Source: Trichoplax adhaerens (lineage: Eukaryota; Animalia; Placozoa). Taken from it: a stretch of DNA of 64,000 bases. Below the pieces are notes generated by a model, which searched no databases, had not been told where the DNA came from, and saw only the letters and a program-made list of their open reading frames with translations. The stretch covers positions 1,382,088 to 1,446,087 of the forward strand of contig NW_002060958.1 in NCBI RefSeq assembly GCF_000150275.1. The letters run 5' to 3'. Position 1 is the first letter of the stretch, and each line of letters starts with the position of its first letter. Made by a program: the position numbers and the translations under genes. Below are positions 1-12,505 of the stretch, piece after piece.

Positions 1-1294
1 TTATCAAGTATGTTCTGTTCCTATCTAGCTATCGAAACACTGACGGCCTTAATCAGGAAGTTACCTGTAGGATAAAGCGTAAAGGTAGTACCAATAATAT
101 CGCTATAGAAACTAGTACTAGAAGGGCAGTTCAAATTTATAGCATGCTACGAGATAGAGATATCGAAGATGGGTAAAAGTTCTTAATGTTTTGTAATATC
201 TTTCTATATAATAACCTCCGATACGACGTGTACTATAGTCACAGAATCTTTAGGATTTTATGACGATTTGGAGCGTCGACAGTTTGTCTACAATTAAAAT
301 AAAAATTGTCATGATAGTTATTGTCTGTACTCCTAAATCTAACTACACTTAATGCTCTGATGGTCAGCCATGATGCATATGCGAGCTGTTCAGCAATAAT
401 GGCAGTTGCTCTATTGAAACCCTTATTTCATCGGTAAGGCGACAGTAGGGGTTTCAGTTTAAATAGCACGTAAGATATGAAAAGCACAACTTCACATAAT
501 TCTAAATAAACCGTCACTTCACTGTATACTTTATATGCTATCCAACAGGTGTATTATAGATGTAAAGTATGAGATACTATAGTCTGTAGCAGAGTTTAAT
601 AATTACCTGTATGATTAATTCAAGTATGAGAGCAGATTAAGCTCGAAATAGATTGCAATAATCTTAAAATTAAATCGTGCACAAGATTAATATTTAATTC
701 ATGCTGAAATTGATGGTTTATATTGAAATGTCAATTGTTTACCCAGGCAAGGCTAATAATGTATTTGTATGAGATAATATCAATTCAGTCGCTTTAGAGA
801 ACAAATATTTGTGCAATTATCATCGCCAGACGAAAAGGGATTGACCCACTGACTAGGTCTTATTGATTTAATCCAACAACGTTAATTTATTATATCTTCA
901 TATTTAACTTATTTTAACGACCAAACTTTATAATGAAATGACATTTAGAAAGTAGCTGTAATAAATGATCTTGTGAAATTAGAAGCATTGCCGATTACAA
1001 CTACTAGTTGCAATGCTTACTGTCTAGTTAAAACGTGTATAAGTAACTACTGAAAATTACTATTTAATTCTTTGTGTTGCAAAATATTAGGTATGGGAAT
1101 TAAAATAATTTTGACAACGTCATAGCGATGTTTCTTCAAAAATATCTGTACGAAATAGAACTTTCTTTTAATGTGATTGTAATCTTACTGCATAAATATA
1201 ATTTAAAAGGGGTACATTATTGATCAATTGTACCGTATATTGCGGTGTTAGATTTGTGTTTAAGGAATATTGTTGTTATTGAATGTGGCTCAAA

Positions 1295-1430
1295 ATGAAT
1301 TCCAAAATTAGCTTTGATCGCTTACTTACTCTATATTCGCTATGGTTTATGCCGAAATACACGATGAAATCTCAGAGAGATTAAAAAAGAATTAGCAGAT
1401 ATTCAAAATCCCACTAAGGATCGTGATTAT
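1295..1430 (+). pseudogene. Frameshifted, truncated paralog of the acidic prepropeptide exon at 3594
   Basis: atgaattccaaaattagctttgatcgct...tatgccgaaatacacgatgaaatctcagagagattaaaaaagaattagcagatattcaaaatccc aligns to 3594-3725 (MNFKL...YAAENDEIPEEIEKELADIEHP) with indels; similarity stops near 1430. Confidence 0.85.
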
Positions 1431-2299
1431 ATGCGAAGTGAGAAGAACTTGACTTCAGTATTATGATTGTGTGTATGCTAGTTTCTCATTGATGAAACCA
1501 ATAAGCGTTCGGCTTAGTACTTGGATTAACTCGAACACAAGCTTGGTAAGTGATGAGATATCCATGAGTAAATTAGAAAAGACAAAGACTACTAGGGACC
1601 TTCACAGAGTTGATTTTGCAGAACTATACCAGCGTTATCAAAGTCTTATTCAATTACGGGTGTAGCGATGCAACCATATTTGATTATACGGATAGCTACA
1701 TTTGATATAGTTAGGTTACTTTGAATAGATATTACCGTGAAGCTAATATTAGATAATTGCTAACTACTATATTAGAAATTGCTGATGACTAATAGTAGCC
1801 AGTTGACTAATTATGGTACAAGATTTATGTAGCTAGAAACACTATAGTTGTTGAAATGCCCTTCGGAGAACGGGCCTAGACATTAATAGAAGAGTAGTGA
1901 CATCTCGATTAAAATGATTTAGATTGTAGAAAATAATGATGTCCTATTAGAGAAAAGTATTTTGTTTGATGATTTATGTCTGATTGTAGATTAATCAAGT
2001 TGTCATAAATGGATTTAATGAAATATTTATAAGAACTGCAGAGATGAGCTCACAGGGGAGAAGAGACTTCACTTCGCTTTGAGCTTGGAATACTTTAAAT
2101 TTTAGACTAGATTCTTGTAGTAATTAATTATTGCTCTACTACTCCTAAAAAATTGTAATAAAAGCCTTTTAGAAAATACTATATGACTAAGATAGTTATT
2201 GTGAGATATATTTATTACATTGGGTATCCATGTAATTACAGATTATTGTATTGATACTACAGTATGTAGAGAAACTGCTTGACTTTGATATGCAAGTGG

Positions 2300-3258
2300 T
2301 AAGGGTTATATTTAAAAGCTTTTGATTAACAAATTTAACTTATGCCTAGATTGCGGTAATTCTACAACTGATTTGTCAGTTTAATAGGTATACAAGAATA
2401 AAATTTGAATAAAAAGTCTTTGTGAACAAATATAACATGCGGCAGTGAATAATTTATAGTTTATTCAACAAGTGTGCAATTAAGTTAGAGTACTTTATAC
2501 ATTTTAACAAGTAAAAATTTAACTACAGGTATGAGTTAGAAAGGGATGGCTGTAGTCTCTGAATGAAGTATGGTACTAATTCGAAATCATAGATAGAGAC
2601 GACCTATGCTTCCATCATCCATTTAAGACTTACTGGATTATCGGAGCAAAATTACTATGTTTGATTTAAGCAACGCCTCTAGATCAATTGACCTGTTTTA
2701 GCATAACAATATCAAGTCCTGTTTATAATTCGAATTTTACTTTTATTAAGGTCGAAATAATGGGTTATTAGAATTGCAAAATCATTCCAGTAAAAGAACA
2801 AACCCTACGCAGGACCACTATCCATTCAATTAACTTATCAGGCACTATGGTTTATTACTAATTAAATATAACTTAATTAGATCAATCCACTTGCCTTAGC
2901 ATAGCAGCGTCAATTTACTGCTCATTATTCGAATTTATTTTCATTAACATCGAAATAATAGGTTGCCACAATTGCAAAGCTTCTGATAAGTAAAGAATGC
3001 TTACTATAGATTACTACCGGTTCAATTGACTGATCAGACACAAAGACTTATTACTGATTGTAATGCATACAATTGCTAGATAAATGGCTGTTGGCTTGTG
3101 TTCATCCTTTGAAAACTCTTTGTCGGGATCAAAAGTTTTCACAATCTGTCTATCAAATACAATCATAGGGTAAAAAGGGTTACGTGAATTTAGCTTCTCT
3201 TAATATAACAATACTGCTGTACCGACTTTCATTCACGAACCCTTTCTTTTAATATCAA
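2300..3258 (+). repeat. Upstream part of a ~2.9-kb tandem duplication unit; second copy at ~5220-6190
   Basis: Collinear matches, e.g. aggtatgagttagaaagggatggctgtagtctc (2528) vs aggtatgaattagaaaggggtggatgtagtctc (5426), and ggatcaaaagttttcacaatct (3127) vs ggatcaaaatttttcacaatct (6059). Confidence 0.85.
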
Positions 3259-3306
3259 AAAGATAGATAAGTATAATTGCGAAATGAGGTAATATCATCA
3301 ATTTAG

Positions 3307-3415
3307 CTGATTGGTTATTTTATTAGTAATCCCGCAGGGGATATCATTAACCATAGTCTATATAAAGTCCGTTGCAGGCTTGTTATCCAGTTTTCATGTG
3401 CTGAAAATTTTCCAG
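3307..3415 (+). promoter_or_regulatory. Core promoter and short non-coding first exon of the prepropeptide gene
   Basis: Reverse CCAAT (ctgattggtt, 3307), TATATAAA (3359-3366), Inr-like ccagtt ~30 nt downstream, donor CAG|GTAAG at 3416, acceptor tgtag ending 3586 just before ATG 3594. Confidence 0.65.
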
Positions 3416-3593
3416 GTAAGTTGCTCTTACGATCATAACGATTTCTTCTACAAATTTTAAGATAACATTGAACATCGTTTACGCTGACTTTAGATAAAGA
3501 TACTTATAGAAATAGAGTTTAATAGATAACTACATTTGAAAATAGATGATTTCTCTTCTAAATATTTTATTTTCTTATTAATGTAGTAAGAAA

Positions 3594-4152
3594 ATGAATT
3601 TCAAATTGGTCTTGATTGCTTGTTTGTTGTTCGTCGCCACGGCTTATGCCGCGGAAAACGATGAAATCCCAGAGGAGATTGAAAAAGAATTAGCGGATAT
3701 TGAGCATCCCATTGAAGATCGCGAAGATGAAGAAAACGAAATCCTAGCAAAAGAAGCTGAACTTGAAAATCTGAAAGAAGATGAAATGAAAGAAAACGCA
3801 GTCAAAGCAGCGGTAAACATCTTAAAATTAACTCTACCTATTCGGACACAGTACATTATTGATTATTAGATTTGATAAACTACAAGATGAAAATTATTTG
3901 TTACTTACTAAGTTACTGATAAAATACGATCGTTTACACGCTGTTTAAACCCATTTAGAAGAATTTAAACTGTCAATTTTCAATTTTTTAACAAATTTGA
4001 ATAAGATTAGTAAAGGTTCTTAATGAAAATTTTTTCCTTTCATTTGATTTGCTGATTAGTGGTGGAGAAGACGTCGACGCCGTAGACGAAGAATTTTCCT
4101 TACCCGACGTTCGTGGTGGAACCAGCGTGTTCCAGGATATTACGGCCGTTAA
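3594..4152 (+). CDS. Secreted prepropeptide (103 aa): signal peptide, acidic pro-region, Trp/Arg-rich amidated peptide; antimicrobial-peptide-like. Exons 3594-3812 and 4060-4152
   Basis: Signal MNFKLVLIACLLFVATAYA; D/E-rich pro-region; phase-0 donor GCG|gtaaac at 3813; pyrimidine-rich tract and tag ending 4059; exon 2 reads WWRRRRRRRRRIFLTRRSWWNQRVPGYYGR*. The paralog at 6242-6785 has the same splice layout. Confidence 0.85.
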
Positions 4153-6241
4153 TCGGAAGTAATGAAACAATACTAGTCTAATCTTATAATGATGCGGGAG
4201 TTCACGTATTGAACTTTTAATGCTGTTAATGGTTACTAGAATTAAATTGTTCTATTGTAGAGCACCATTTTCATTATAGTTTTCAGTATTAGCAATACAT
4301 ATAGAGAGATTAATAAATTGCATATTCTCGAAACAACCGGCGTATATATTAATTCATGAACTAACATGATTATGTGATACAGTAAAATCGTAAAGGTAAT
4401 ATAGACGCATGATTTAGGATAAGATAATGCCTATGGATAAATAGCTACGCATGAAGGATTATTTTAAGGTCTATTCTGCTAGTGTGACCTGTGTAGTGAA
4501 TAAATGATATTAGCTATCATATTCATTATTGCCCCAAAAATGAATGAAGTTGTAATGGTAAACAAAGATCGGATAGGAAATAATAGTAGGCGTGAATAAA
4601 ATGAAATAATTATCCGAAAGGGCTCGTTAATAATAAATAGTGTTGCATGCGATTGGTAGTTCCTCGGATATAAGCTTACCTGGAAGTGTACCACCAGAAC
4701 TACCCCGTCATTAGCTTTATATGTGTTATTTATATCTATGACGATTCAATGGAGGGAGTTAAAAACGATTCAAAGTTGATAAATATGACTAAAAATAAAA
4801 TTACTGTAGTTTAGACAATAGGATTGTGTATTAGAGAATGAATGTAAATAGGATTCTTTAATGACGTCCATAGAATTACGCACAAAATTATTTATTATTT
4901 TACCCGTATGCGGAAGATAAATAACAACTTGTTGATGATTTCTTAAATCCTTACGGTATAATTATTATATTTTTTGTAGAAATGATACCGTATCTACCAG
5001 ATATAGCATACCATAATAGGCGTATATTGCTAAAAGCAAGAGGTAGAAGGAAACTAAAGTTAACTAACAGTACTGCAATTAAACCTTAAAACTTTTTACA
5101 ATAGACGCTTTGCAATTACTAGGGTAGAATTAGCTACTATGGTGTTGTTTAGCTAAGAATCACCTTGTCCTTGTATGCTGTAGCATCAAAGTTAATATTA
5201 ATAGTATGTGGTTTAATTAAGATACTTATCCTTATAATATAGTCGATATTCGTGAGATGATGAGACCTTCTAAATAGTACTAATAGAAGAAAACTAGGTC
5301 AGCAATACGATATAATTTTATGCGTAAAATTAAATAAGTGAGTCTTTGACGACAATTATAGCATATGCCAGTAATTAATTTGCAGCTTATTTAACAAGTG
5401 TTCAATAGAAGTGGAGTATTGTATAAGGTATGAATTAGAAAGGGGTGGATGTAGTCTCAGAATGAAGTTAATCTAAAATTATAGTTAGAGATGATTTATG
5501 TTTCCATTGTATATTGGAGCGTTAATGGATTCTCGAAGTGAAATTATTCCATTTGACTTAGGAACCCCATTAGATCAATCGGCATGTTTTAGCAAAACAA
5601 TATCAATGCACGGTTTATTATTCAAATGTTTCCTTTATCAAGGTCGAAATAATGGGTTACTACAATTGGAAAATCTTTTTCGTAAACGAAGAAATTTTAC
5701 GGAAGACCCCTACCGTTTCAAATAGCTGATCAGATACAATAATCTATTACTGATTAAATTCAATCAGAGACTAGTCACTTTTTTCGAGTAATCCCTGATA
5801 TAACTTAATTAGATCAATCGATTTGTTTAAGCATGGGAATGGCAAGTACAGTCTATTATTTGAATCTTACCTTATTATAGACGAAATAATAGGTTACCAC
5901 AATTGTAAAACCCTTCCATTAAATAATGGAACTCCACAGTAGGCCTCTATCGGTTCAATCGACTGATCAAACACAAAGATTGATCACTTATAATAACGTA
6001 TATAATTGCTGGATGAATGGCTGTCAACTTGTATTTATACCTTGAAAATTCGGTGTTAGGATCAAAATTTTTCACAATCTATTTATTGAATACAATCATA
6101 AGGTGAAGAGGGGCTACGTCAATTTAACCTCTGTTAGTATAACAATACTACCTTACTGTCAATTATTCGCGAATCCTTATTTTAATGCCANNNNNNNNNN
6201 NNNNNNNNNNNNNNNNNNNNNNNNNNNNNNNNNNNNNNNNT

Positions 6242-6785
6242 AAGGAATAAACGGATAGTCAAAATTCGTTAGAGGACGGTGAAGATGAAGAAGGCGAAAT
6301 CATGGATAAAAATGGAAATCTCCAAAATTTGAATGAACAAGACTTTAACTCTGAAGTACATGAATCGGCGGTATGGAAATTAAAAACTAAAATAACTATG
6401 TAAATTCGATATCTAATAGATTGTTTATAATTCAATTTTGATAAATTCTAGATGTTGTCATACCTAGCGTAGATGATTGTGGACGAGAATATAATTATTA
6501 CAGTTTACACAAGAGAGGTGTGTTAAAGTGAATTTAATTGCATTAAGAGAAGTCGACCTTAATATTTTGCATAGTTGCCATTTAGAATCTTAGAAAAATT
6601 AGAAAATCAATCGTAATTGTTTTCTTAATTGCTACAACCTTTGATAATTAAATTATAATTATAATATGCTAACAGTGGTGGAAAAGACGTAGATGATACT
6701 ATATTAGACTATGAAGAAGCTATTATCATGATGCAGAAGATCCGAAAGCTGGTAGTACAGACGTTCTAGTTCTATTGGTAAATGA
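6242..6785 (+). pseudogene. Disrupted paralog of the prepropeptide (exon ...6370 and exon from 6676); 5' part lies in the N-gap
   Basis: KE*TDSQNSLEDGEDEEGEIMDKNGNLQNLNEQDFNSEVHESA|gtatgg aligns to the pro-exon. After cag at 6675 it reads WWKRRR*YYIRL*RS..., and a shifted frame ends ...RRSSSIGK*. Multiple stops. Confidence 0.8.
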
Positions 6786-7784
6786 AATGGCAATGCGAAA
6801 ACTATAAAATAAATCTAAGGCTTTCTGGAATAGTTCAAAATTTTTACAATTGTGTCTTTCGATGGTCTTAGCGCTAACTGCGTTCCATGATCTTATTTTA
6901 TCTTAGAATAATCTTATGGTAAGTGGTCGTATAGATGTTAATTTAAAGTAGATAGAGCATTACATTATAATACCAGAATCGAATGTATTTTGCAGCAAAA
7001 GATCCGGCTAATTTTTGGACCAAAAAGATCATACATAAATACATCGCTTTTTATTCTTAAACTATTCCAGAATCTCTTGGATAAATAGTGGCGGTGTAAT
7101 AGACCAAAATATTAAAAAATATTAAAACTATCAATACTGTTGATTTCTGCCTCAGATTTATTCAGTTGCACTTGTTCATGTTAGTTTCTACACGCGTAAC
7201 TTCACGACAGCTTCCACGCTAATCTACTAGTAACTACCACACTGCACCTAGTTATTCTCTACAATAAATATCTCTCTTTCTCTTAACACCTCAAATCATT
7301 ATTGTGAAATGCCTAAGAAGTCCACGTCCACCGATTCTTCCAGCCCTTCATCATTAAAGGATAAAATTGTACGATTAAATACGCCAAGCAAGTGGAGAAA
7401 AAGAAAGCAAAAGTGTCCATTTTGAGCCATGCTTGTTCAATCTTAACACTGTTCCAAATAGTAGACGATAATGCATACAAAACGCTATCTCAAGCTAGAG
7501 CCAATCCCGCTATCATAGCAAGCACCATCCAGTCTCCATTCTTGTGCTGTATAACCATGATTTGTAGCCGAAAAAGCTAATCGGTAGACTGGAAAATCCC
7601 ATCATACAGAGGATAGTACCACATTGCAGATGGTGGTCCTGATCGCAGTCTGTCTCTGCGGTATTTGGTCTCTCTCACTCTCTCTCTCTATACTTTCTGG
7701 ATTATAGGGCAAGCTGTGAAAAGCATCTACGTCAACAAAGTCAATAGTAAAGGTAAATTTCGCTTCAAGAGAGAAGTAAGAGAA

Positions 7785-10700
7785 ATGGCAAGTGTAGGCG
7801 CTAGCAACCACAATCCTTCATCATCGTATCAGTGGGATCCTACTCTAGATAAAGCCAATGATGAAAAGCCCAAGCATACGTGTGTCCTACGGATTAAAAG
7901 GTATTGATGATGGATAGGTACTACACCAAAACGGCAAGAGGTAGACAGTTTAGCGTTGACAAGAGATCACCCATCATTCCTTGATTTCTCCTCGATCAGG
8001 CAGTCTGTTAAGTTTGAAAAGTATTAGTACTGTAGCCCAATGAAATTGCAGTAGTCTTATTCGTTGCTAAGGGAGACGATCTAAATTCGAGAGGTTTTTG
8101 ATGTCTCATCTCTCTGATCGAAATCGATCGATCAACGATACTGAGTTGTACTCTTCAATACTATCCCAATCCGATTGCATCAATCAATCCATTCCTTCTA
8201 GGGTAATCAACTCTGTAGATCATATTATATTATTATTTCCTACCATCGTCCAATGACGATGGCCACTGTAGATCTAAACCCTAGACGTTTATTACCTCTC
8301 TGATCGAAATTGATAGATCAACGATTCTGAATTGCACTCTTCAATACTATCCCAATCCGATTGCATCAATCAATCCATTCCTTCTAGGGTAATCAACTCT
8401 GTAGATCATATTATATTATTATTTCCTACCATCGTCCAATGATGATGGCCACAGTAGATCTAAACTCTAGACGTTTTTTACCTCTCTGATCGAAATTAAT
8501 AGATCAACGATTCTGAATTGTACTCTTCAATACTATCTCAATCCGATTGCATCAATCAATCAATCAATCCATTCCTTTTAGGGTAATCAACTCTGTAGAT
8601 CAATTATATTATTACTATTTCCTATCATCGTCCATGACGATGGCCGCAGTAGATCTAAACCCTAGACGTTTTTGACCGCTCTGATCGAAATCGAAGGATC
8701 CACGATACTGAGTTGTATCGTGTAATGCTATCCGGTTGCATCAATCAATCCATTCTTGCTAGAATAATCGACTCTCATAAAGGTCAATTAATATTTCCCA
8801 CCATCGTCCAGGACGATGGCCACAGTAGATCCAAACCCTAGAGGTTTTACCTCTCTGATCGAAATCGATGGATCAACGATGCTGAATTGTATCGTTCAAT
8901 ATCCTATCCCAATCTAATTGTATCAATCAATCCACTCCTACTAGGGTTAAATACACTACTCTAGAGATCAATTTTAATTTCCTACCATCGTCCGTAACGA
9001 TAGCCACAGTAAATTAATTCATATTCTCAGTCTTTAGCGTCAGCTTGAGATTGGAATAGGTCAAAAAGAGATCATGATCAAGGGTGTAGCATTGATGAAC
9101 TGGCAAGTTCTCTTCTACAGTAAAGTGATCCCAATTCTACGATTGAATACACTGTCTTACTATCCAATCTGATAACTAGGCTTTGTCCATTTTTTTTTTA
9201 TAGTATTAGATAGAGGAGTAATAGGCTATGTCTGATCGAAGATAATACTCAACGATCCATATCATACAATTTGTTTGCAGCCTTACGTCATGGAATACAC
9301 ATTTAGCAGTCCCTGATACCCACTTCGTCGATAGAATAGCGAAATGTCTTCAGAAACAGGATGGTCAACACTATCGATTGATTGCCGTCTATCATTTTGC
9401 TAATAGTACGTGTTGATAGGGGAATGCAATTTTAAAATGCTTCTCCTTCTGTTCATGAGAAATGACTGTAGTCTAAAGTAAGCTGAACTAAACCAAATGT
9501 TATAGATGCTAGAGTTGCCGACTAAGTTTACATTTGCTAAGTTTGAACGTTGACTGCTTTCTCAACAGCTGCTCGATCTAGTGGCTAGTTTTAACACAGT
9601 ACAGTAATATACTAGTCGAATTAGTCATGATACTTCGTCTACTATACTCGTACTTTTTGACTTTACCTTATCACTGTCAGCCTGGCAATCTATCATCATA
9701 CGAGTATGCTTAATCAGATTCTATCGTCTTAACAGACACACAGTAAATTCTCGGTTCATTACACGATTTGGATAGAATGATTCTGTAGTAACGTACATGG
9801 GTGGTAATTCGACAAGGCAACATTTGCAATAGAGATTACAATTCATTTATTGAATTACTATGCCTATCGACTGTAAGGGCGCAATATCGTCCGACCATTT
9901 CTCCTTTTATTTCTTTTCTGGACAACTGTACTACTGGAAAAGCAAGAAGCTTTTGCCGAAAAGCATCTTACACTGCAATGGCCCAATACGGCAAAACTTG
10001 TATCTTTTACGCTATCGGTTTAATAGCTATATCATCAATGTGTATTCTACTGTAATGCATACTATTGCTCAGAAATGAAAATCATACAAATCCAATCATG
10101 AGCCTGATCAACTTTCATTGATCACGCTGATGACTTTCAATCATGATGATACCTTTCTGCTTGTATGTTGATGGATTTTAGAGATTTAGCAGCGATATTG
10201 ACGGATCCACCTCCCGGAATGTTTATTGTACCGGATGACGACGATATTACGAAGGTAACCAACTGTCCTCTATTGCCTATCATTACCGCTAATGGTGTTT
10301 ACTCTATCGTAATATCAATACAATATTCTATAAGCAATGATGCTAGTCCAAGATATAAATAAAGGCTTTTATCATAGTGTATCATTTATCTGTAACATAT
10401 TACTTTATCTTGGCAATATAGTGTAACCAGTGTGAAAATAGGATACTTACAATTTGATTCTTAGGATTAACTTACGCGTATGTTAATCCCATTTTGATAC
10501 GCAATGCACGCGAATAAATTACTCTGAAAGCCTTCTACGTCCAAATGTTGACTAATTTCGATTCAATTTCACCGTATTTGTGTTATGTCATGAATGAATA
10601 TATTGTAGATAAAGAGAAAAAATATACTGAGTGTCCTTGCTGCCGTGTTATTATGGCAAACGACTGTATACTGCATATAAAACACTAATTTAGCCTACAT

Positions 10701-12505
10701 TAAATTGTTTTATATATATATATATATATACCATTTTCTATTTATGACTTAGATGCACGCTTTAATCCTTGGACCTTTCGATACACCTTATGAAGGCGGA
10801 TTCTTTTATTTCTTCCTAAAATTTCCAGTGACTTATCCCATCGAACCACCCAAAGTAAAACTGATGACCACTGGTGAAGGCTTAGTACGATTTAATCCCA
10901 ACTTTTACAAAAATGGCAAAGTCTGCTTGAGTATTTTAGGGTAATTTAATGACACAGAGAAATTATTGATTCATAATGATATTAACATTCAACATGACAT
11001 GACGTAAAAATTCAAAGTGCTGGTTTATACCCGTTTACTAATTATATCATTAAAATAGAACATGGCTTGGACCGCAATGGAAGCCGACACAAACTTTATC
11101 CAGTGTTCTTATGTCAATACAATCACTAATGAATGCAAGACCATATCATAACGAACCAGGATACGAAAATGTGAGTAGCGCGATACCATATACAAGTGAA
11201 TTTAGTATTTAATGTGACGAGCTTAGATTTAAAATTATTGCCAGAAAAAATAGCTTCACTTTTAATGAAGATACAAATCGTACTAAAGAATAAGCGTTGA
11301 TTGAAATTACTGCATAGATTGCTGTATATTGATTAGCCATCGTTTACTTATTGGTAGGAACGTCGTCAAGGTGATAGTCATCGATACAACGAATGTATTC
11401 GACATGAAACACTACGAGTAGCAGTTTGCGATATGATGGAAGAAAAAGTTGATTGCCCTACTCAACTAAGGTTAATTGAAAATAGCTTTTCGATAACTTA
11501 CATAGTAAAGATCTAACGTATATTCACTATTTATACCTGCAGTATTGATCTTGTCATCTTCATATTGAAAAGATAGCATTTTTAAATACAATCCAATTTC
11601 TGCTTAGTTTCTACTACTGCTCCCTTCAATGCAAATAGTATGTATAACATTGGCAATTTTAAATTTTTAGCGTAGTCTCAGGCGGTTAAATTTATATTGA
11701 GCCACAAGGAATTAAAGTGTGCAATACCGCTTGGACGTTATCGCAACAGAAAGAGCATTAAAAATAGAATTAAAACTGCTACTATGTCGTCAATTTTATT
11801 CGCTTTAAAGAAAATCGTAGGTTCTCAAGGAGTTAGACTGTAAAGACGTCCATCACTAACTAACCAACTACTTTCATAGCAGGCATTAAGCCATAAAATT
11901 TCATCGTCATACGTCATAATACGCGACGTTGTCATTGATTTCACTCTTTTAGTAACAATTTAAGTATTTGAAATTACTCAATCTTCTAACAATCTCCCAA
12001 ACTCTTCTGTTGTATAGACATTGTTGTTGGTGTAACAGCAATCACATTTTCAAAGTCTTTTCAGATCATATTCGAAAGCCTAAGCTATTGAATATAATTT
12101 CTTATAGAAATGTTATGATAGAAAATTTTAAACTATTCTACCCGCAATATAACTCTTTGGCAAGCGATCGTATATGTTTAGATGGCTCTCAAATGCAGGT
12201 AAATTTCAAATGAACTAGAGTAATCTTATTGTTGCAAAATATTGCTTAACTTCTGGAATAATTTCAGACTACTATCGTAAGCATATTATAGCTACTTATT
12301 TAACTTTTGATAGTCTTTATCCATTTATCATCAATTAAGAATTTTCCTATTCTGTATGCCGCGTATTACCATTCATCTATTAATAGATTTTCTATGAACC
12401 TGATTTACAATTTGATTTTAGGACCCATTTATGCAAAATACTGGAACTTTCAATTATCAAAAAATTTTGTCTCGCCTTACAAATTTAAACGCAACGTACC
12501 AGTGA
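7785..12505 (+). CDS. UBE2Z: Ubiquitin-conjugating enzyme E2 Z (USE1), 258 aa. Exons 7785-7900, 10182-10254, 10753-10940, 11059-11170, 11358-11470, 12108-12198, 12422-12505
   Basis: WDPTL...[42 protein letters not shown]...[21 protein letters not shown]...NEPGYEN/ER...[19 protein letters not shown] match UBE2Z. All introns are GT-AG and in frame (777 nt total). Confidence 0.95.
8078..9012. repeat. Tandem array of ~5 units of 174-195 bp in UBE2Z intron 1
   Basis: ctctgatcgaaat recurs at ~8112, 8298, 8484, 8679 and 8853; each unit also has caatcaatcc and a ccatcgtc..gacgatgg-type inverted repeat. Confidence 0.95.

Noticed and set aside
3644-4170. Minus-strand ORFs 3644-3856 and 3988-4170
   Set aside because: Antisense shadows of the two prepropeptide exons.
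5498-5725. 75-aa ORF
   Set aside because: Lies in duplicated upstream DNA and has no counterpart ORF in the other copy.
8078-9012. CRISPR array, hammerhead retrozyme or telomeric repeat
   Set aside because: Whole units repeat with no unique spacers; I found no CUGANGA...GAAA core on either strand (ctgatcgaaa only mimics it); aaaccctag occurs once per unit, not in tandem.
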